Below the pieces are notes generated by a model. It did not search any database. It was not told where the DNA came from and saw only the letters and a list, made by a program, of their open reading frames with translations. A DNA stretch of 63,744 nucleotides, counting the filler, from Chrysochromulina tobinii (lineage: Eukaryota), in assembly GCA_001275005.1 (NCBI GenBank). It is 7 parts of 7 records of this genome, joined end to end, with 100 filler letters (N's around TTAATTAATTAA, not from the genome) between each part and the next. Parts side by side here need not be neighbours in the genome. Positions count along the whole stretch, not along the records: positions 40,821 to 58,333 come from JWZX01000888.1; positions 58,434 to 60,923 come from JWZX01000889.1; positions 61,024 to 63,744 come from JWZX01000900.1; 4 more parts are not named here. One strand, written 5' to 3'. Of the stretch, positions 52,957-63,744 are shown piece by piece (position 1 is the stretch's first letter; each line of letters begins with the position of its first letter). A program made the position numbers and the translations under genes.

Positions 52957-53760
52957 GCATCGAACAGCGCGCGGCGCTCCGGTCGAGGCGTGACGGACGC
53001 CAATTCCTCCGCCGCTAGGCTGCGCATACACCATAACCAAATATTTCGCGCGCGTACGCGCGTGTCGCCCCCCCCGGAGACTCGATTCTCGACCCCGCAA
53101 AGACCCCGCATACAATTGCGACAAGTTGCGACGTGGCCCGACCGGCTCGCGTGCGCTTTTTCATCTGTAACTGGGTCTGGGACATCTGCGTCCGGGACTC
53201 AAACACGGTTAAAAGATAAAACCGGCCGAAATACAACTCAATTACGCGGCAACACACAAAGACACATTACGGTATCATATACAGACCCTGTGCGCGGCGC
53301 GCGCGCGGTGTTACCTGGTACGTTCGTGCCCCTATACCGCTAGGCACGTTCGGACGATCGGAGAGCGGCGGATCAGTAGTATCGTTTCTCGTCAGGCATA
53401 AGGCGTCGCGTGTGGCAACGCCAGACATCGACAAGCCGCAGCAATACGGCGCACGCGACCCCGCTGCACACGGCCCACGAGAGTCGAGCACAACGCCGCC
53501 TCAGGTGCTGGCTGCGTGGCAGTGCCGCCGCGTCCTCCGCATGTCGCCACGCCCTCCGCACGTCGCCACGCCCTTCGCACGTCGCCCGCCACGCCCAATA
53601 AATTGCACTCCACCCTTCCTCGACCGAATCGTTCTGCTCCCCCTCGATGCTCCCGTCGATGCGCATCCCCAGACCGCACGGTCACGCAACATGTCTCCGA
53701 ACCTCGCGCAGCAGCTGAAACCGTCGCCTTCGCTGGAGCAGGACCGTATAGCAGCCGCAT

Positions 53761-54954
53761 CTAAACGGACTCGGCGCCTGCCACGATCTCGGTGAGCTCG
53801 GTGGTGATTTTCGCCTGGCGCCGGCGGTTGTAGACGATCGTCAGCTTGCTGACGAGGTCGAGGGCGTTCGAGGTGGCCGAGTCCATCGCAGTCATGCGCG
53901 ACGCCTGCTCCGAGGTCGCGTTCTCGAGCAGGCATCCGTAGAGCTGAATGGCCAGGTTGAACTGGTACATGTTGGCGAGGACGTCCTCCTTGTCGCCCTC
54001 AAACTCATACCTGGGCGGCGCGAGTGTAACGGCGATGGCGGCAGCGGTGAGCGAGCAGGGCGGGCTTGTGGGCAAGGGGGCCGAAAGCGCCCCCCTCTCT
54101 TGTGTCCAGCCGGCTCTGGGTGAGGCAGGCACGACCATGCGCCGCTTGGGAACGAGCCGCTGGCGAGCGGCGCCCATTGCGCGAGCAAGTGGCGCAAGAG
54201 GCGAGGGATGTAGGAGAGGAGATGGGGAGGAATGGGTTCGGAAACCCCCGGACTCACTCATCGAGCACGCCCGACGCGCCGAGGACTGCGGGGCCCTTGA
54301 TCGTGAGAGGCGTCACGTCGAAGGCGATAACGCTCTTGTATTTGTTGTACAGCACCGTGTACTGGTCCACCGGCTTCGCGAGCATCTGCTCCGCGAGGAA
54401 GGACGCGAGCGAGAAAGTGATGGGCCCCCCATACGTCTCGTCGATGGATGTCTTGATGTACTTGCTGTGCGTCCGATTCAAGCCGTCGCGCGCCTTGCTA
54501 CCCACGATCACCAGGTGCGGCGCCTCCTCCAGGGTCTTTGGGCCGATCGTCAGCTTCACCTCCTTGACCACTCGGGAGTTGATGCCACCGCAAAGCCCCT
54601 TGTCTGACGAAATCGCAAACAAAAGCGAGGTCGCGGGGACCTCGTCGTCATCCTTGCGCGAGAGCACCGGTGACATCACCGAACCGATTCCGTCGGCGAA
54701 TGGCCGCGCTGCCATCATCATCCGCTCCGCACCCTTGAGCTTCGCCGCCGCCACCATTTTCATCGCCTTAGTAATCTTAGAGGTCGACTTGGTCGACTTG
54801 ATGCGCATGGCGAGCACCTGCAACAATCGAGGAGGCACAAGGTCAGCTCGCCTGCACTCGGCCGCCTCGATCCCCGCCCCCGCTTCGCCCCTGCTTCGCC
54901 CCCGCTTCGCCCCCGGTGTCGCGCGCGGATGCGAGGTCGGACCTTGAGCGACAT
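53761..54954 (-). CDS. ATP3: Mitochondrial ATP synthase F1 gamma subunit (exons 54943-54954, 54258-54817, 53761-54010)
   Basis: RIKS.K...[67 protein letters not shown] introns 54818-54942 and 54011-54257. Confidence 0.95.
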
Positions 54955-55182
54955 CGCGCTGAAGAGGTTCGGCTCCCTTGCACGCCACGGAGTGGGGGCA
55001 TTCGTAACCACATCGCGCCGCCACGCCAAATTTCGACACGCGCAAACGCAACTCGGGACTTCCGAGATCCCTGGACTTCAGGTCCCTTCGTACCTATTAC
55101 GTCTTTTCGAACACCAAAATCGTCACGGCCCAATTGGCGTCTTCGCGTGTCAACCGTCGAGTCTACCGGCGCGAAAGGCAAC

Positions 55183-57465
55183 ATGGCGGAGCGCGTTGAA
55201 CGTTCGAAGGTCCTGGACGACGTTTACATAGAGGCCAAACCATCGGGACAAGGGTTCCTATCTAGACTGATGCGTCACAGACTCGCCTTTGGTTCCGTTC
55301 CTCAGAAAGTGGTCCCATATCCTGCCGAGCAGAAGATTCTCAACGCGGAGGGGGAGGCGGAGAAGTTGTTCAGCGTCCGATTCGTAGCATGGCGCAAACT
55401 CAACATGCGCGTGGCAGGTTTGGCCGTTTTCCTTCGGCTGATCCTCTCGCTGTGGATCCTCATAGTGCAATCCAACCAAAAGATCGCGGCAAACGGCCGG
55501 CGTGATTGCAAGGAGCAAATCATCTGGTACGGCTGTGAGTGCGGCCTCGGTGGCGATGATCCCAATGATCCCGGCGTCGATGAGTGCCTCCTTGAACGAG
55601 TCGACCCGTCGCGATGCGCCCAGGACGACGATGGCAACGTCATCTGGGACGGCCCAGCCGCACGTCTGCCCACTGGGCTGACGCAGCAGGAGCTGGACGT
55701 TATTGTCAACGACGGCGGATACTGTCAGAAGGAGTACGGCCTGAGAGCTTCTATCGCATTCCCATTGATTCCGGATCACATCCGGTCAGCCACCGAAATG
55801 TTCACCTGGATGGGCATCGGCAAGGCCATCGTCAAGTTCATCTGCCAGTGCCTCGCGCTATTTTGCCTCATCACCGCTGGCTGCAGATGGCACAAGTACG
55901 ACGAGACGCGTCGCTTGCTGCAATACTCCTTCAGCCTTCTTATCGTGCCTCCCTTCCTCATGGGTATCTGCGTGCCCATGCGCGCGGGCGTCGACATGAA
56001 GCGGTTGCAGATCGCACTATGCCGGGACGTAGTAGAGAAGCTCACCGACGTGAGCGGCAACTGGGTGCTGGGTATGGATCTTGGCGACAGGGAGACGTTC
56101 TGTGAGCTTGAGCCCGAAGCGTGGGGCGAGGCGATCGCGGATGCCATCGTTAGCTCCGGGCTGAGCGCAGAGTACAATGAGACGCTTCTTGCGGTCACAT
56201 GCCCAAAGGCGCAGGTCAGAAAGACGGGCTGCAAGACCGAGTGCGCGAGCTGCTTCGGCGATGTCCAACGAGAGGTGCCCAACAGTGTGGGTGTAAACCA
56301 GACGATCAGTGTACGCAACCCTTGCCTGGATTACCTCACCTTTGACCAGCTCTGCAGAGGCCGCGATGCGGTGGCCGAGGCGGAGTTTAGGGCGTACTCC
56401 TACGGTGATATCTCCGACACCGTAGTCACTGCCGCGGCTCAGTCCTTCACGGGAGGCTACAACGACGCAACCTCGCTCTGCAGTCTCATCGCGTCACAAT
56501 TTTCGAATTGCTCGGCGCAGTGCGATCGTGTCTACCCCACCGGCCCCGGCTTCAACGGAAATGAGTCGTGTGCGCAGGCTTGCGATAGCGTTTTCAAGAC
56601 TGAGTTGCTCGGCAACGCTCTCGCCGACGCCGACTTCGCCCCGAATCTGTGCGCCGGCGATGCCCTGTACAAGAACCTGGGCGCTGTGACCGGGATTGCG
56701 AGCACGCTGCTCGATGCCGTCGAAGTGGGCGTCGGTGTGGCGGTCGGCGCGCAAACGGTGGCACTGCTGTTGCCGACGTTCCTGTCGATCGTCAGGGGTC
56801 TGCTGAAGGGCGCCGAAGTCCTCAACGCGGCGCTCCCATACGTGCGCTTCCCCGCCTTTCAGATGGTGATCTCGAACTCGCTCATCGCGGCCCTGGTCGC
56901 CGCGATTATGTCGAGCTTCTTCCAGATGGGCGGTGACGGCTTGTCCGCATCCGCCTGCGTCGCTCTGGTGCTGAGCTTTGGGTATGCATGGCCGACTCAA
57001 TTCTTCCTCTCGGCCCGGTCGTTTCTCGAAACCAAGAAAATGATGTTCTGGCGGAATCTCTACAAGATGATCATGCAGGTCCTGTGTGTTGCCCTCTTCC
57101 TTGCCTGGATCCTGCGGTCGGAGTTCGTCCAAAAGATGATCGAGGAGAGCGGGTTCATGTTGATTGATAAGATCGTCTCGAACCCGAAAATGCTCTACGA
57201 TAACATCAAAGCTCCGCTGTGGGTGTTCGTGGGCGCTGTCCTCGACTTCGCTGGCGCAAGTGTGGTGGCGAAGCTGTTCTATTGCGACTTGCTCCTCGAC
57301 ATTGTCAACAAGACGGAGCTGCAGGACGTGACGCCGCAGCAGGATGTGATGCGCGGTGAGGTCGCTCGCCTGAAGGAGGTCGAAGTTCCGTTGGTCGAGT
57401 CCATGAAGCCCCCCGCAACGTCCAATAAAGTCTCACCGGCTCTGGAGATGCAGGACGTTCAATAG
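55183..57465 (+). CDS. Multi-pass membrane protein with Cys-rich lumenal loops, function unknown
   Basis: Long ORF with about 8-9 hydrophobic segments and Cys-rich loops. First ATG at 55183. Confidence 0.75.
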   Translation: MAERVERSKVLDDVYIEAKPSGQGFLSRLMRHRLAFGSVPQKVVPYPAEQKILNAEGEAEKLFSVRFVAWRKLNMRVAGLAVFLRLILSLWILIVQSNQKIAANGRRDCKEQIIWYGCECGLGGDDPNDPGVDECLLERVDPSRCAQDDDGNVIWDGPAARLPTGLTQQELDVIVNDGGYCQKEYGLRASIAFPLIPDHIRSATEMFTWMGIGKAIVKFICQCLALFCLITAGCRWHKYDETRRLLQYSFSLLIVPPFLMGICVPMRAGVDMKRLQIALCRDVVEKLTDVSGNWVLGMDLGDRETFCELEPEAWGEAIADAIVSSGLSAEYNETLLAVTCPKAQVRKTGCKTECASCFGDVQREVPNSVGVNQTISVRNPCLDYLTFDQLCRGRDAVAEAEFRAYSYGDISDTVVTAAAQSFTGGYNDATSLCSLIASQFSNCSAQCDRVYPTGPGFNGNESCAQACDSVFKTELLGNALADADFAPNLCAGDALYKNLGAVTGIASTLLDAVEVGVGVAVGAQTVALLLPTFLSIVRGLLKGAEVLNAALPYVRFPAFQMVISNSLIAALVAAIMSSFFQMGGDGLSASACVALVLSFGYAWPTQFFLSARSFLETKKMMFWRNLYKMIMQVLCVALFLAWILRSEFVQKMIEESGFMLIDKIVSNPKMLYDNIKAPLWVFVGAVLDFAGASVVAKLFYCDLLLDIVNKTELQDVTPQQDVMRGEVARLKEVEVPLVESMKPPATSNKVSPALEMQDVQ

Positions 57466-58270
57466 GGGATCTCACCACGTGCTAATCCACACGAAATGCC
57501 TGCTCAAAGTTCCAGCGTGTCGACAGGGGAGGGGTTTCGACAGCGGTGCCGACAGCTGCAGAACGTGACGCCGCAGCAGGATGTGATGCGCGGTGAGGCC
57601 GCTCGCGTGAAGGAGGTCGAACCTTCGAAGTTCCGATGTTCGAATCCTTTAAGCGATCCACAGTCCAACAAGACAATAAGGTCTACCAGGAGATGGACGG
57701 CCAGGGAGAAGTCTGGATTTCTGTAGGATTTCTGCGGAACTTTTCCACAACTCGCTACGAAATGCAGTACACGTTCCCGCCTCTGATACGCGATTACTTT
57801 GGCGTTCATGAGTGACTGCACAGAGCCCAGGGGATGCCTGGGTACACGCGGATCTCAAGTATGAGGTACAGACCTCACTCACCGAGTTTTCATTTTATTC
57901 CACTGGACGCAACATACATTCCGATTGTACTCGGAGCACGTTTTCGGTTCTCAAAAGACGCAAAGCGCTACTCGCATCTACTGCTACGGACGGGCCTTTC
58001 CCCGGACTCGTAATGTGCGCCGAGCGATGTCCGCGCTGAGAGGGCTGACCGCACTTAAGGCAGCGAGCCGCGAGCAGCTTGCAAGAGGCTTCAGCCTGCG
58101 CAAAGAAACCTCGGAATCCAAGAAAAGCAGCAAGAATAGAAAGTTGCCGGTTGCCCGTGAAAAGAGCCGAAAAAATTACTGACCAGTTTCGGACTCCAGA
58201 CTCAAGATCAGGAACAAGAAACCGTGGCGAACGGTGCAGGTCAGGAGCGCGCCCCACACAAGGACTTCAG

Positions 58271-58333
<63 letters not shown>

Positions 58334-58433
58334 NNNNNNNNNNNNNNNNNNNNNNNNNNNNNNNNNNNNNNNNNNNNTTAATTAATTAANNNNNNNNNNN
58401 NNNNNNNNNNNNNNNNNNNNNNNNNNNNNNNNN
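58334..58433. other. Artificial contig linker, preceded by a poly-C run (58271-58333)
   Basis: N44-TTAATTAATTAA-N44. Confidence 0.99.
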
Positions 58434-58910
58434 GGTGAACGCCACAGTGGGGTTGTGGGCGATGGAGGGAGGTGGTGCGAGCGGATCAGGCTTGACAGAG
58501 GATGTGGCGGGAACTGCCGTTGGGGTGGGGGCGGCAGGCGGACTACTGCTTCACGGTCGACGGTCGTCGCATGCTGTATGACGTAAAACGGATCTCCTTC
58601 TGTCCGAGTCGCTACTGGCCTACGGTCGCGGTGGCCTCTAGCCGTGGAGGGCCGCTTGAGTACAGGGCATCTTCCGTTCGTGCGGAGTATGAGGCAGCGG
58701 CTGCCGCACTCGACGCGTCGTCGACGCGACGGCACGCTCGCCGCCCTATGGGCCGCCCACGTCCACGGCCTCGCCGACCTCCCCGGCACCGTCCTCGACG
58801 ACGACGTGGACGAAGACACCGTCGACTATGACGGCGTCCAACCCGCCGGTCCGCCGACCATGCCCGACCTCCAAACCGTCGCCCGCAAATCCGCCTTTCT
58901 CGCCCACCAA
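58434..58910 (+). pseudogene. Degenerate restriction-like endonuclease (RLE) region of a non-LTR retrotransposon
   Basis: RQADYCFTVDGRRMLYDVKRI resembles the R-x-PD...D-x-K motif, followed by E.RA..V..EY...A..LD. Frameshifts on both sides. Confidence 0.5.
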
Positions 58911-60296
58911 GCCGAGGCGCTCGGAAGGGTGCGAAGCAAGCCAACGGCCTGCGATCTGGGCGGCGTCCCCAGCCTCCAGCCACGCGTGTCTCCGAGGGTC
59001 CGTCCTGGGAAGAGCGAGCATGAGGACATCGAGGCGCCGAGCCGCTGCTGCCTCCCGCTGGGCCGTGATGGCGTGCTGCATCCGGTGCTGCGCGGGCACC
59101 GTCTCGGCCGGGTGGCTGAGCAAGCCAGGCGACTGTGTGACATCCACCACGCCATCGACCTCCTCCCTAAGAAGAGCCCATGCATCCGAAAAGGCGTGGC
59201 CCAAGTCCGAGTCTGAGGCGAGGAGAGTCGACATGCGCAAGTCGGGCGTGTCGAAGTCGAAGGACCGGGCGCCGAGGCGGTGCGCGAGCTGAGGGAAGAA
59301 GCCTGGCCGTGTGACGCCATCCGCCATCCGGGTGTCGAGGAGCCGCTCGCACGCAGTACGGAAGGAGGAGCAGAAGGCGGCGGGGGCAAGCGACAAGCGA
59401 GAGCGGATCCCACAGCCTCGGCGCCAGATCGGCAGACGGACGCGCAAACGGAGCTCCTCTGAAGCCGTGGCACCGTGGTAGGTGAGTGCCTCAACGGCAT
59501 CGCGTAGCTCGGCGTCCACAGAGTGGCATGTGGCCTCCGTCTCCTCCGGTGTGAGGTGCTGCAACCAGAAATCCAACCGGGTCTGGATGGCGCTGTACAA
59601 GCAGGACCACATCGCGAACGACGAGGCAGGCTGGAGCTGATGGATCGTAGATCGAATGTAGCTCACAAAGCCCGCCGTCAGCGTGGACATGTACTGCCTG
59701 ATGAACGCCTCATGACCCAACGGCACACCGCCGACGGTGATGCCTGGAAGGAAAGGCTCAATGATGCAGATCTCTCTCTCTCGGTCGATTCGGCTGCTGC
59801 CCATAATGCCACCTCGCGAGATGCCGAGCGCGTCGAGGTCGCGTAGTACAGCTCCCTGAAGAGTGCGGGGCGAGTAGTAGGAACACTTGCGAAACTGCAA
59901 GTGTAGCCCGAGATCGGTGAGACGGTCGGCGAAACGACGGATGGCGGGGAGAACCTCCTCTGGTCGGCCATAGCAGTAGCCATCGTCCATGATGAAGGTG
60001 GCGCCGCCGCCGCCGCCAGCAAGCGCCTCGTGGAGCTCCTGCACGGCCTCCTGGATGAGGACGCAGAAGGCCAACGAAGACTCAGGAGAGCCCTGGGGCA
60101 AGCCCTCCTCAAAGTCGCCACGGTCTGAGCCCGCGAAGAGGCGCGAGCCATCCGGAAGGACGATGATGCCCGCCGGTCCGTACATGGCGTGCATGAGCGG
60201 GACGAGAGAGGCGACCCCTGGCACCGCTGCCATGCGCTGCAGGACCTGCGCTCGCCTCGACTCGTTGTACGCATTGCGGAGATCCGTACCGGTAAT
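58911..60296 (-). mobile_element. 5'-truncated non-LTR retrotransposon reverse transcriptase (CRE/R2-like RLE group)
   Basis: DLRNAYNE (motif A), EGLPQGSPESSLAFC (motif B), FIMDDGY (motif C), GVPLG and RLPIWRRGCGIR (thumb). In-frame stop at 60297-60299 just upstream of motif A. Confidence 0.85.
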
Positions 60297-60651
60297 TTAG
60301 AGGGGTCCACCAAAAGTGAGAGAGACGTGAGAGCCCCCGCGGGCGTTGCAGGGGCGTTGGCTCGTTCTAGACTTTCCCAAAGTCGCCCACCTGTGTGCGA
60401 CGACCTGGCTTTTCGTTAGAAAAAACGGGTTCACACGAGTCAACCCCAGCGGGTGGGGTGCGGAACGTTCGCAAATTCGTTTCGTGTTTTAGGGGTGCAT
60501 TTTAGGGGCCGCCCTCGGAGGCGCCACGTTTGTCGTTACACGTCGAGCAACTTTCAGTTCGGTACTGTACAGTACTGTACTGTACTGTCGCCACTCGTGT
60601 GCCGACGAATAATTGGCGTCGATTGTGGCAGGTCGATAATAAGCACGTGAT

Positions 60652-60923
60652 ATGTCGCAACTCTCAACGTTGGTCTTCTTGCTCATGGCGGGTGCCACCA
60701 GCAACGCAGAGGACGCGTCGGAAAGTGGGTGCAGCCACTTGGACTCGGAGCAAGGCCCGCTGCAGCTTGCCCGCTTCCGCGACATGCTCCTCAACAAAAC
60801 AGGCAACCCGCACAGCAGTTTGATCGATGGGAGTGGGTGGCCCCCCAATGGATGGGCACTTTCCATGGCTGGGCAGCGGCGGCTTGATTCGTTTTCGGCG
60901 CTCGTGGCCACGGCGGTCGAGGA
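60652..60923 (+). CDS. TylF/MycF/NovP-like O-methyltransferase, N-terminal fragment (3'-partial)
   Basis: Signal-like N-terminus, then DGSGWPPNGWALSMAGQRRLD (G..WP..A.(S/T)M.G..RLD). Cut by the contig end. Confidence 0.65.
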
Positions 60924-61023
60924 NNNNNNNNNNNNNNNNNNNNNNNNNNNNNNNNNNNNNNNNNNNNTTAATTAATTAANNNNNNNNNNNNNNNNNNNNN
61001 NNNNNNNNNNNNNNNNNNNNNNN
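60924..61023. other. Artificial contig linker
   Basis: N44-TTAATTAATTAA-N44. Confidence 0.99.
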
Positions 61024-61033
61024 GCAGGCGTTC

Positions 61034-63562
61034 TTGCGCTCTCGCTCGTCTCCGCGACGCCCGTCGGTACCGTGCCGGCGGCGACCGTCGAGACCGAGCG
61101 CGAAGTGGACCATGCTGCAGCATTGGAACGCGCAACAGCGCTCTTCTATCTCCGCTATTCAGCGTCGCTTCTTCGGCGTTGTTGGCAACCAGAACGGAGG
61201 GATGCGCGCCACAGTCCTGTGGCTGCCAGGCCCGCCTCCCATGCTTCGCCTCACACTGCAGAATGCGCGCCTCGCCGACGATGCGAGTGACGCGCGCCCT
61301 GCTCAGGCTATCGACGGAGTATCCGCGATCACTCGGGCTATCGCCACCGAAGACGGTGTGCGCATTGACAACATCACGCGGCCCGAATTGATCGCGAGTG
61401 GCTTCGAGGAGCCTGAACTCGCGGATGGTCCAGCTACCGGATGGCTTCTCCCTCTAGTCCTCACGACAGAAGGCGCAGACGCTTTGCCGTATATCATCGG
61501 CCAGATGTTCTCCATCGACCAGAGTAACAGCAGACCGTCTATGCGCTACTGCATTACGCCCGAGCCGCCCCGGCCATGTGAGGCAGCCTACGCGGCGGCT
61601 TCGACCGTTGACGCTGCCCTCGCGATCGAGCGGCTGGGCGTCGGTGCGAACATACGTGCTGCTCGTGCTCGCGCTGATGATGCTCAAGCCCTCCCAGCGG
61701 TTGGCGTACCGGTGCACCATGCCGAGCCAGCACCGCCAGTAGCGCAACCTCCGCCAGTGGCGCAAGCCGCACCACAGGCGCCCGCCCCGCAAGTTCCGCC
61801 CGTGGCGCAAGCCGCACCACAGGCGCAACCGCAACCAGCCGCTGCCGCTCCTCGAGTCGCTAACGTTCAGCTCCAGAATGCTCCTGTTTTTCCTTGGACC
61901 GGAGAACCTGGTGACTATTCGATGATGAATCAGCTATGCGCGCAACTCTCTCCTGCAGATCTGACCAACATCGAGCGATTTGATCAGCTGGCGCGGGCTG
62001 TGAGCCTTGCCGCTCCTCCAGGATACGCGTTCTCGCCGCCCGACGCAATTATGGCTCGTGTGGATTACGTCCTGCAGCGCATCGTCGATCTCACAACGCA
62101 GTACGATATCCGCTTGCCGCCGATTGCGCAGCCCGGATGGCCTGGTGTCTTCGCTTCCGTGCGCTTCGTCATGCGCCCGACGGCGAGTGGAGCTTCAGCA
62201 GCTAATTCAGCACCCGTCGTGCAACCATCGAACTCTTTCGGCGCTCGCGCTCAGAGCCACGCGTTCCATCAGGCCTCGCATGTCCCAGGCGCGCTGCCTA
62301 CGGAGACACCTGGGTCATCGATTTTGCAATACGGTGCAGCTGTCGCCACTTCTGCCAGCCGCGTCGAAGGCGACCGGACTAACCGCTATGACACGGAGGC
62401 GCGCACGCTTCTCGCTGCCCACGCTACCGGTGCCGACATTGGCCAAGTCCAGCGTCTGGGCGAGCTGATGAGCAACTTGTCGCCGGAACTGGCAATCCTC
62501 GAGGCTGCTCAAGGGAATTTCTTCAACTCAGCTAGCAGTGCGTCCTTCCACGCCACTGTCCTCGCCTTGACTGCCTCATCCAGTAACTTCATCCAGTTCG
62601 CCGCGGGATGCCTTCGGACGCGTATTGGGGTCGACGATCTCATCAGCCCGCTTCCCGAGCGCAAGGCCAATACGGAGAAGTTCATCCGGCTCTTCCTGAC
62701 CGGAAAGATCCTCTCTGGGTCTGAGCTCATGCTTATGGGCACTGGTGGCGCTGAGCTGTTCTCGGCGTTCAAGGAGGTGCCGATGACCGACGCACTATTC
62801 TTACGCGGTCAATCGGTCCTTCAGGTTCTCTCATTCGCATACAGGCTCTCCGACAGGACTACACCGAAGGACTTCTTTGTTGAAGCCGAAGAGCAGATGC
62901 GCATCTGGCGGCGCGAGAAACGCGACATCCAGCGCGCTGCTACTGTCCTCGAGGCCATGCTCCGAGATCTCTCTATCGAGTTTCGGAACTTCTTCGACGG
63001 CCTCCCTTCGGCCTCACTGATGCGCCCGCGCTTCTCTAGTGCGGTGTTTTCTACTCCTGCGTCCAGGCTGCTCATCGATCGATTCGAGCGTGAGCCGGTG
63101 CATGTGCACCCGGCCCCCGTACAGCCGCAGCTTAGTCAGCAGCAGATCGCCGACGCAGTGGCAGCCTCGATTCCTGCCGCCGTCAGCGCCTATATGGCCG
63201 GTCATCTTCCAGCCGCTCTCCTCGCCCCTCAGGCGGGAGCGTCTGGCGGCAAGAAGGCAAAAGCCAAGAAGGCCAAGAAAGAGCCAGCAGCGCCCCAAGC
63301 AGCGCCAGTAGCGCCGCCCGCGCCCGTGGCTCAGCCAGGCATCCCGCCCGGTCTTCCACCCGGCGCACCGCCTGTTCCCGAGTTCAACCTAGTCAATCTA
63401 GTCGGGATCATCGGTGGAGCGCCTCACGATGGAGCGGTCACAGGCGCCGCAATGGCGGCCTTCTCCGCAGCCAATCGGGACGCAGCTGGAAAGCCTCGAT
63501 GCTTCAACTTCTGGCGCCGAGGCGCCTGCCGCAACCCTATCTGTCGTTTCGCTCACGCGTGA
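61034..63562 (+). CDS. Gag/ORF1-like protein of a retroelement with a C-terminal CCCH finger
   Basis: Intronless 842-aa ORF with Pro/Ala/Gln linkers, a basic patch GGKKAKAKKAKK and a terminal C-x8-C-x4-C-x3-H (CFNFWRRGACRNPICRFAH), as in ORF1 of DIRS/Ngaro-type elements. No RT is visible in the window. Confidence 0.5.
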   Translation: MRSRSSPRRPSVPCRRRPSRPSAKWTMLQHWNAQQRSSISAIQRRFFGVVGNQNGGMRATVLWLPGPPPMLRLTLQNARLADDASDARPAQAIDGVSAITRAIATEDGVRIDNITRPELIASGFEEPELADGPATGWLLPLVLTTEGADALPYIIGQMFSIDQSNSRPSMRYCITPEPPRPCEAAYAAASTVDAALAIERLGVGANIRAARARADDAQALPAVGVPVHHAEPAPPVAQPPPVAQAAPQAPAPQVPPVAQAAPQAQPQPAAAAPRVANVQLQNAPVFPWTGEPGDYSMMNQLCAQLSPADLTNIERFDQLARAVSLAAPPGYAFSPPDAIMARVDYVLQRIVDLTTQYDIRLPPIAQPGWPGVFASVRFVMRPTASGASAANSAPVVQPSNSFGARAQSHAFHQASHVPGALPTETPGSSILQYGAAVATSASRVEGDRTNRYDTEARTLLAAHATGADIGQVQRLGELMSNLSPELAILEAAQGNFFNSASSASFHATVLALTASSSNFIQFAAGCLRTRIGVDDLISPLPERKANTEKFIRLFLTGKILSGSELMLMGTGGAELFSAFKEVPMTDALFLRGQSVLQVLSFAYRLSDRTTPKDFFVEAEEQMRIWRREKRDIQRAATVLEAMLRDLSIEFRNFFDGLPSASLMRPRFSSAVFSTPASRLLIDRFEREPVHVHPAPVQPQLSQQQIADAVAASIPAAVSAYMAGHLPAALLAPQAGASGGKKAKAKKAKKEPAAPQAAPVAPPAPVAQPGIPPGLPPGAPPVPEFNLVNLVGIIGGAPHDGAVTGAAMAAFSAANRDAAGKPRCFNFWRRGACRNPICRFAHA

Positions 63563-63744
63563 GCGGAGGATCGAGCGAGAGTCTCCTCCCTTCGCTCCAC
63601 ACGAGCCATTTCATGGCGAGCTCTGGTTCGCCTCATGCGCGAGGAGTCTTCGCCCCCTGATCCAGTCTACCATCGGGATGTGCAAGCCGCACCAAAGATG
63701 TGCAGACAATCGATCCCACCATGCAGGATGTGTATGCCGCGCCG

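Noticed and set aside
58271..58333. 63-nt poly-C and the poly-Pro ORF it creates
   Set aside because: A homopolymer at a contig end, most likely a sequencing artefact.

Overview
This is GC-rich eukaryotic nuclear DNA, most likely from a haptophyte (Chrysochromulina-like). That call is inferred from composition, GT/GC-AG introns, TTAGGG repeats and gene content. The window is a concatenation of 7 contigs joined by artificial 100-nt N44-TTAATTAATTAA-N44 linkers: 1-15677, 15778-30449, 30550-38456, 38557-40720, 40821-58333, 58434-60923 and 61024-63744. Adjacency across linkers means nothing. Recognisable genes include pyruvate kinase, mitochondrial ATP synthase gamma, FIP1, LRRC49, a TRIP12/UPL3-like HECT ligase, an NMN adenylyltransferase, an MFS transporter, an Mpv17/PMP22-ACT-ACT fusion, a PAI-like flavoprotein and several glyco-enzymes. 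There are also a degenerate RLE-type non-LTR retrotransposon, a Gag-like ORF and a foldback-like satellite contig. The most striking signal is a family of about 15 spliceosomal introns in the LRRC49, HECT and LamG genes. They are built from strand-polarised ~10-nt TGAkkrCsyC repeats and often end in CTCCCTCATCAG. Many carry 10-50-nt copies of the flanking exon, which in several cases supply a splice site. One contains a copy of the spliced junction, one repeat insertion is antisense and in frame, and one array has expanded to about 630 bp. This looks like an intron-generating 'repeat plus flank duplication' process unlike TIR-type introners. No rRNA, tRNA or CRISPR array was found.
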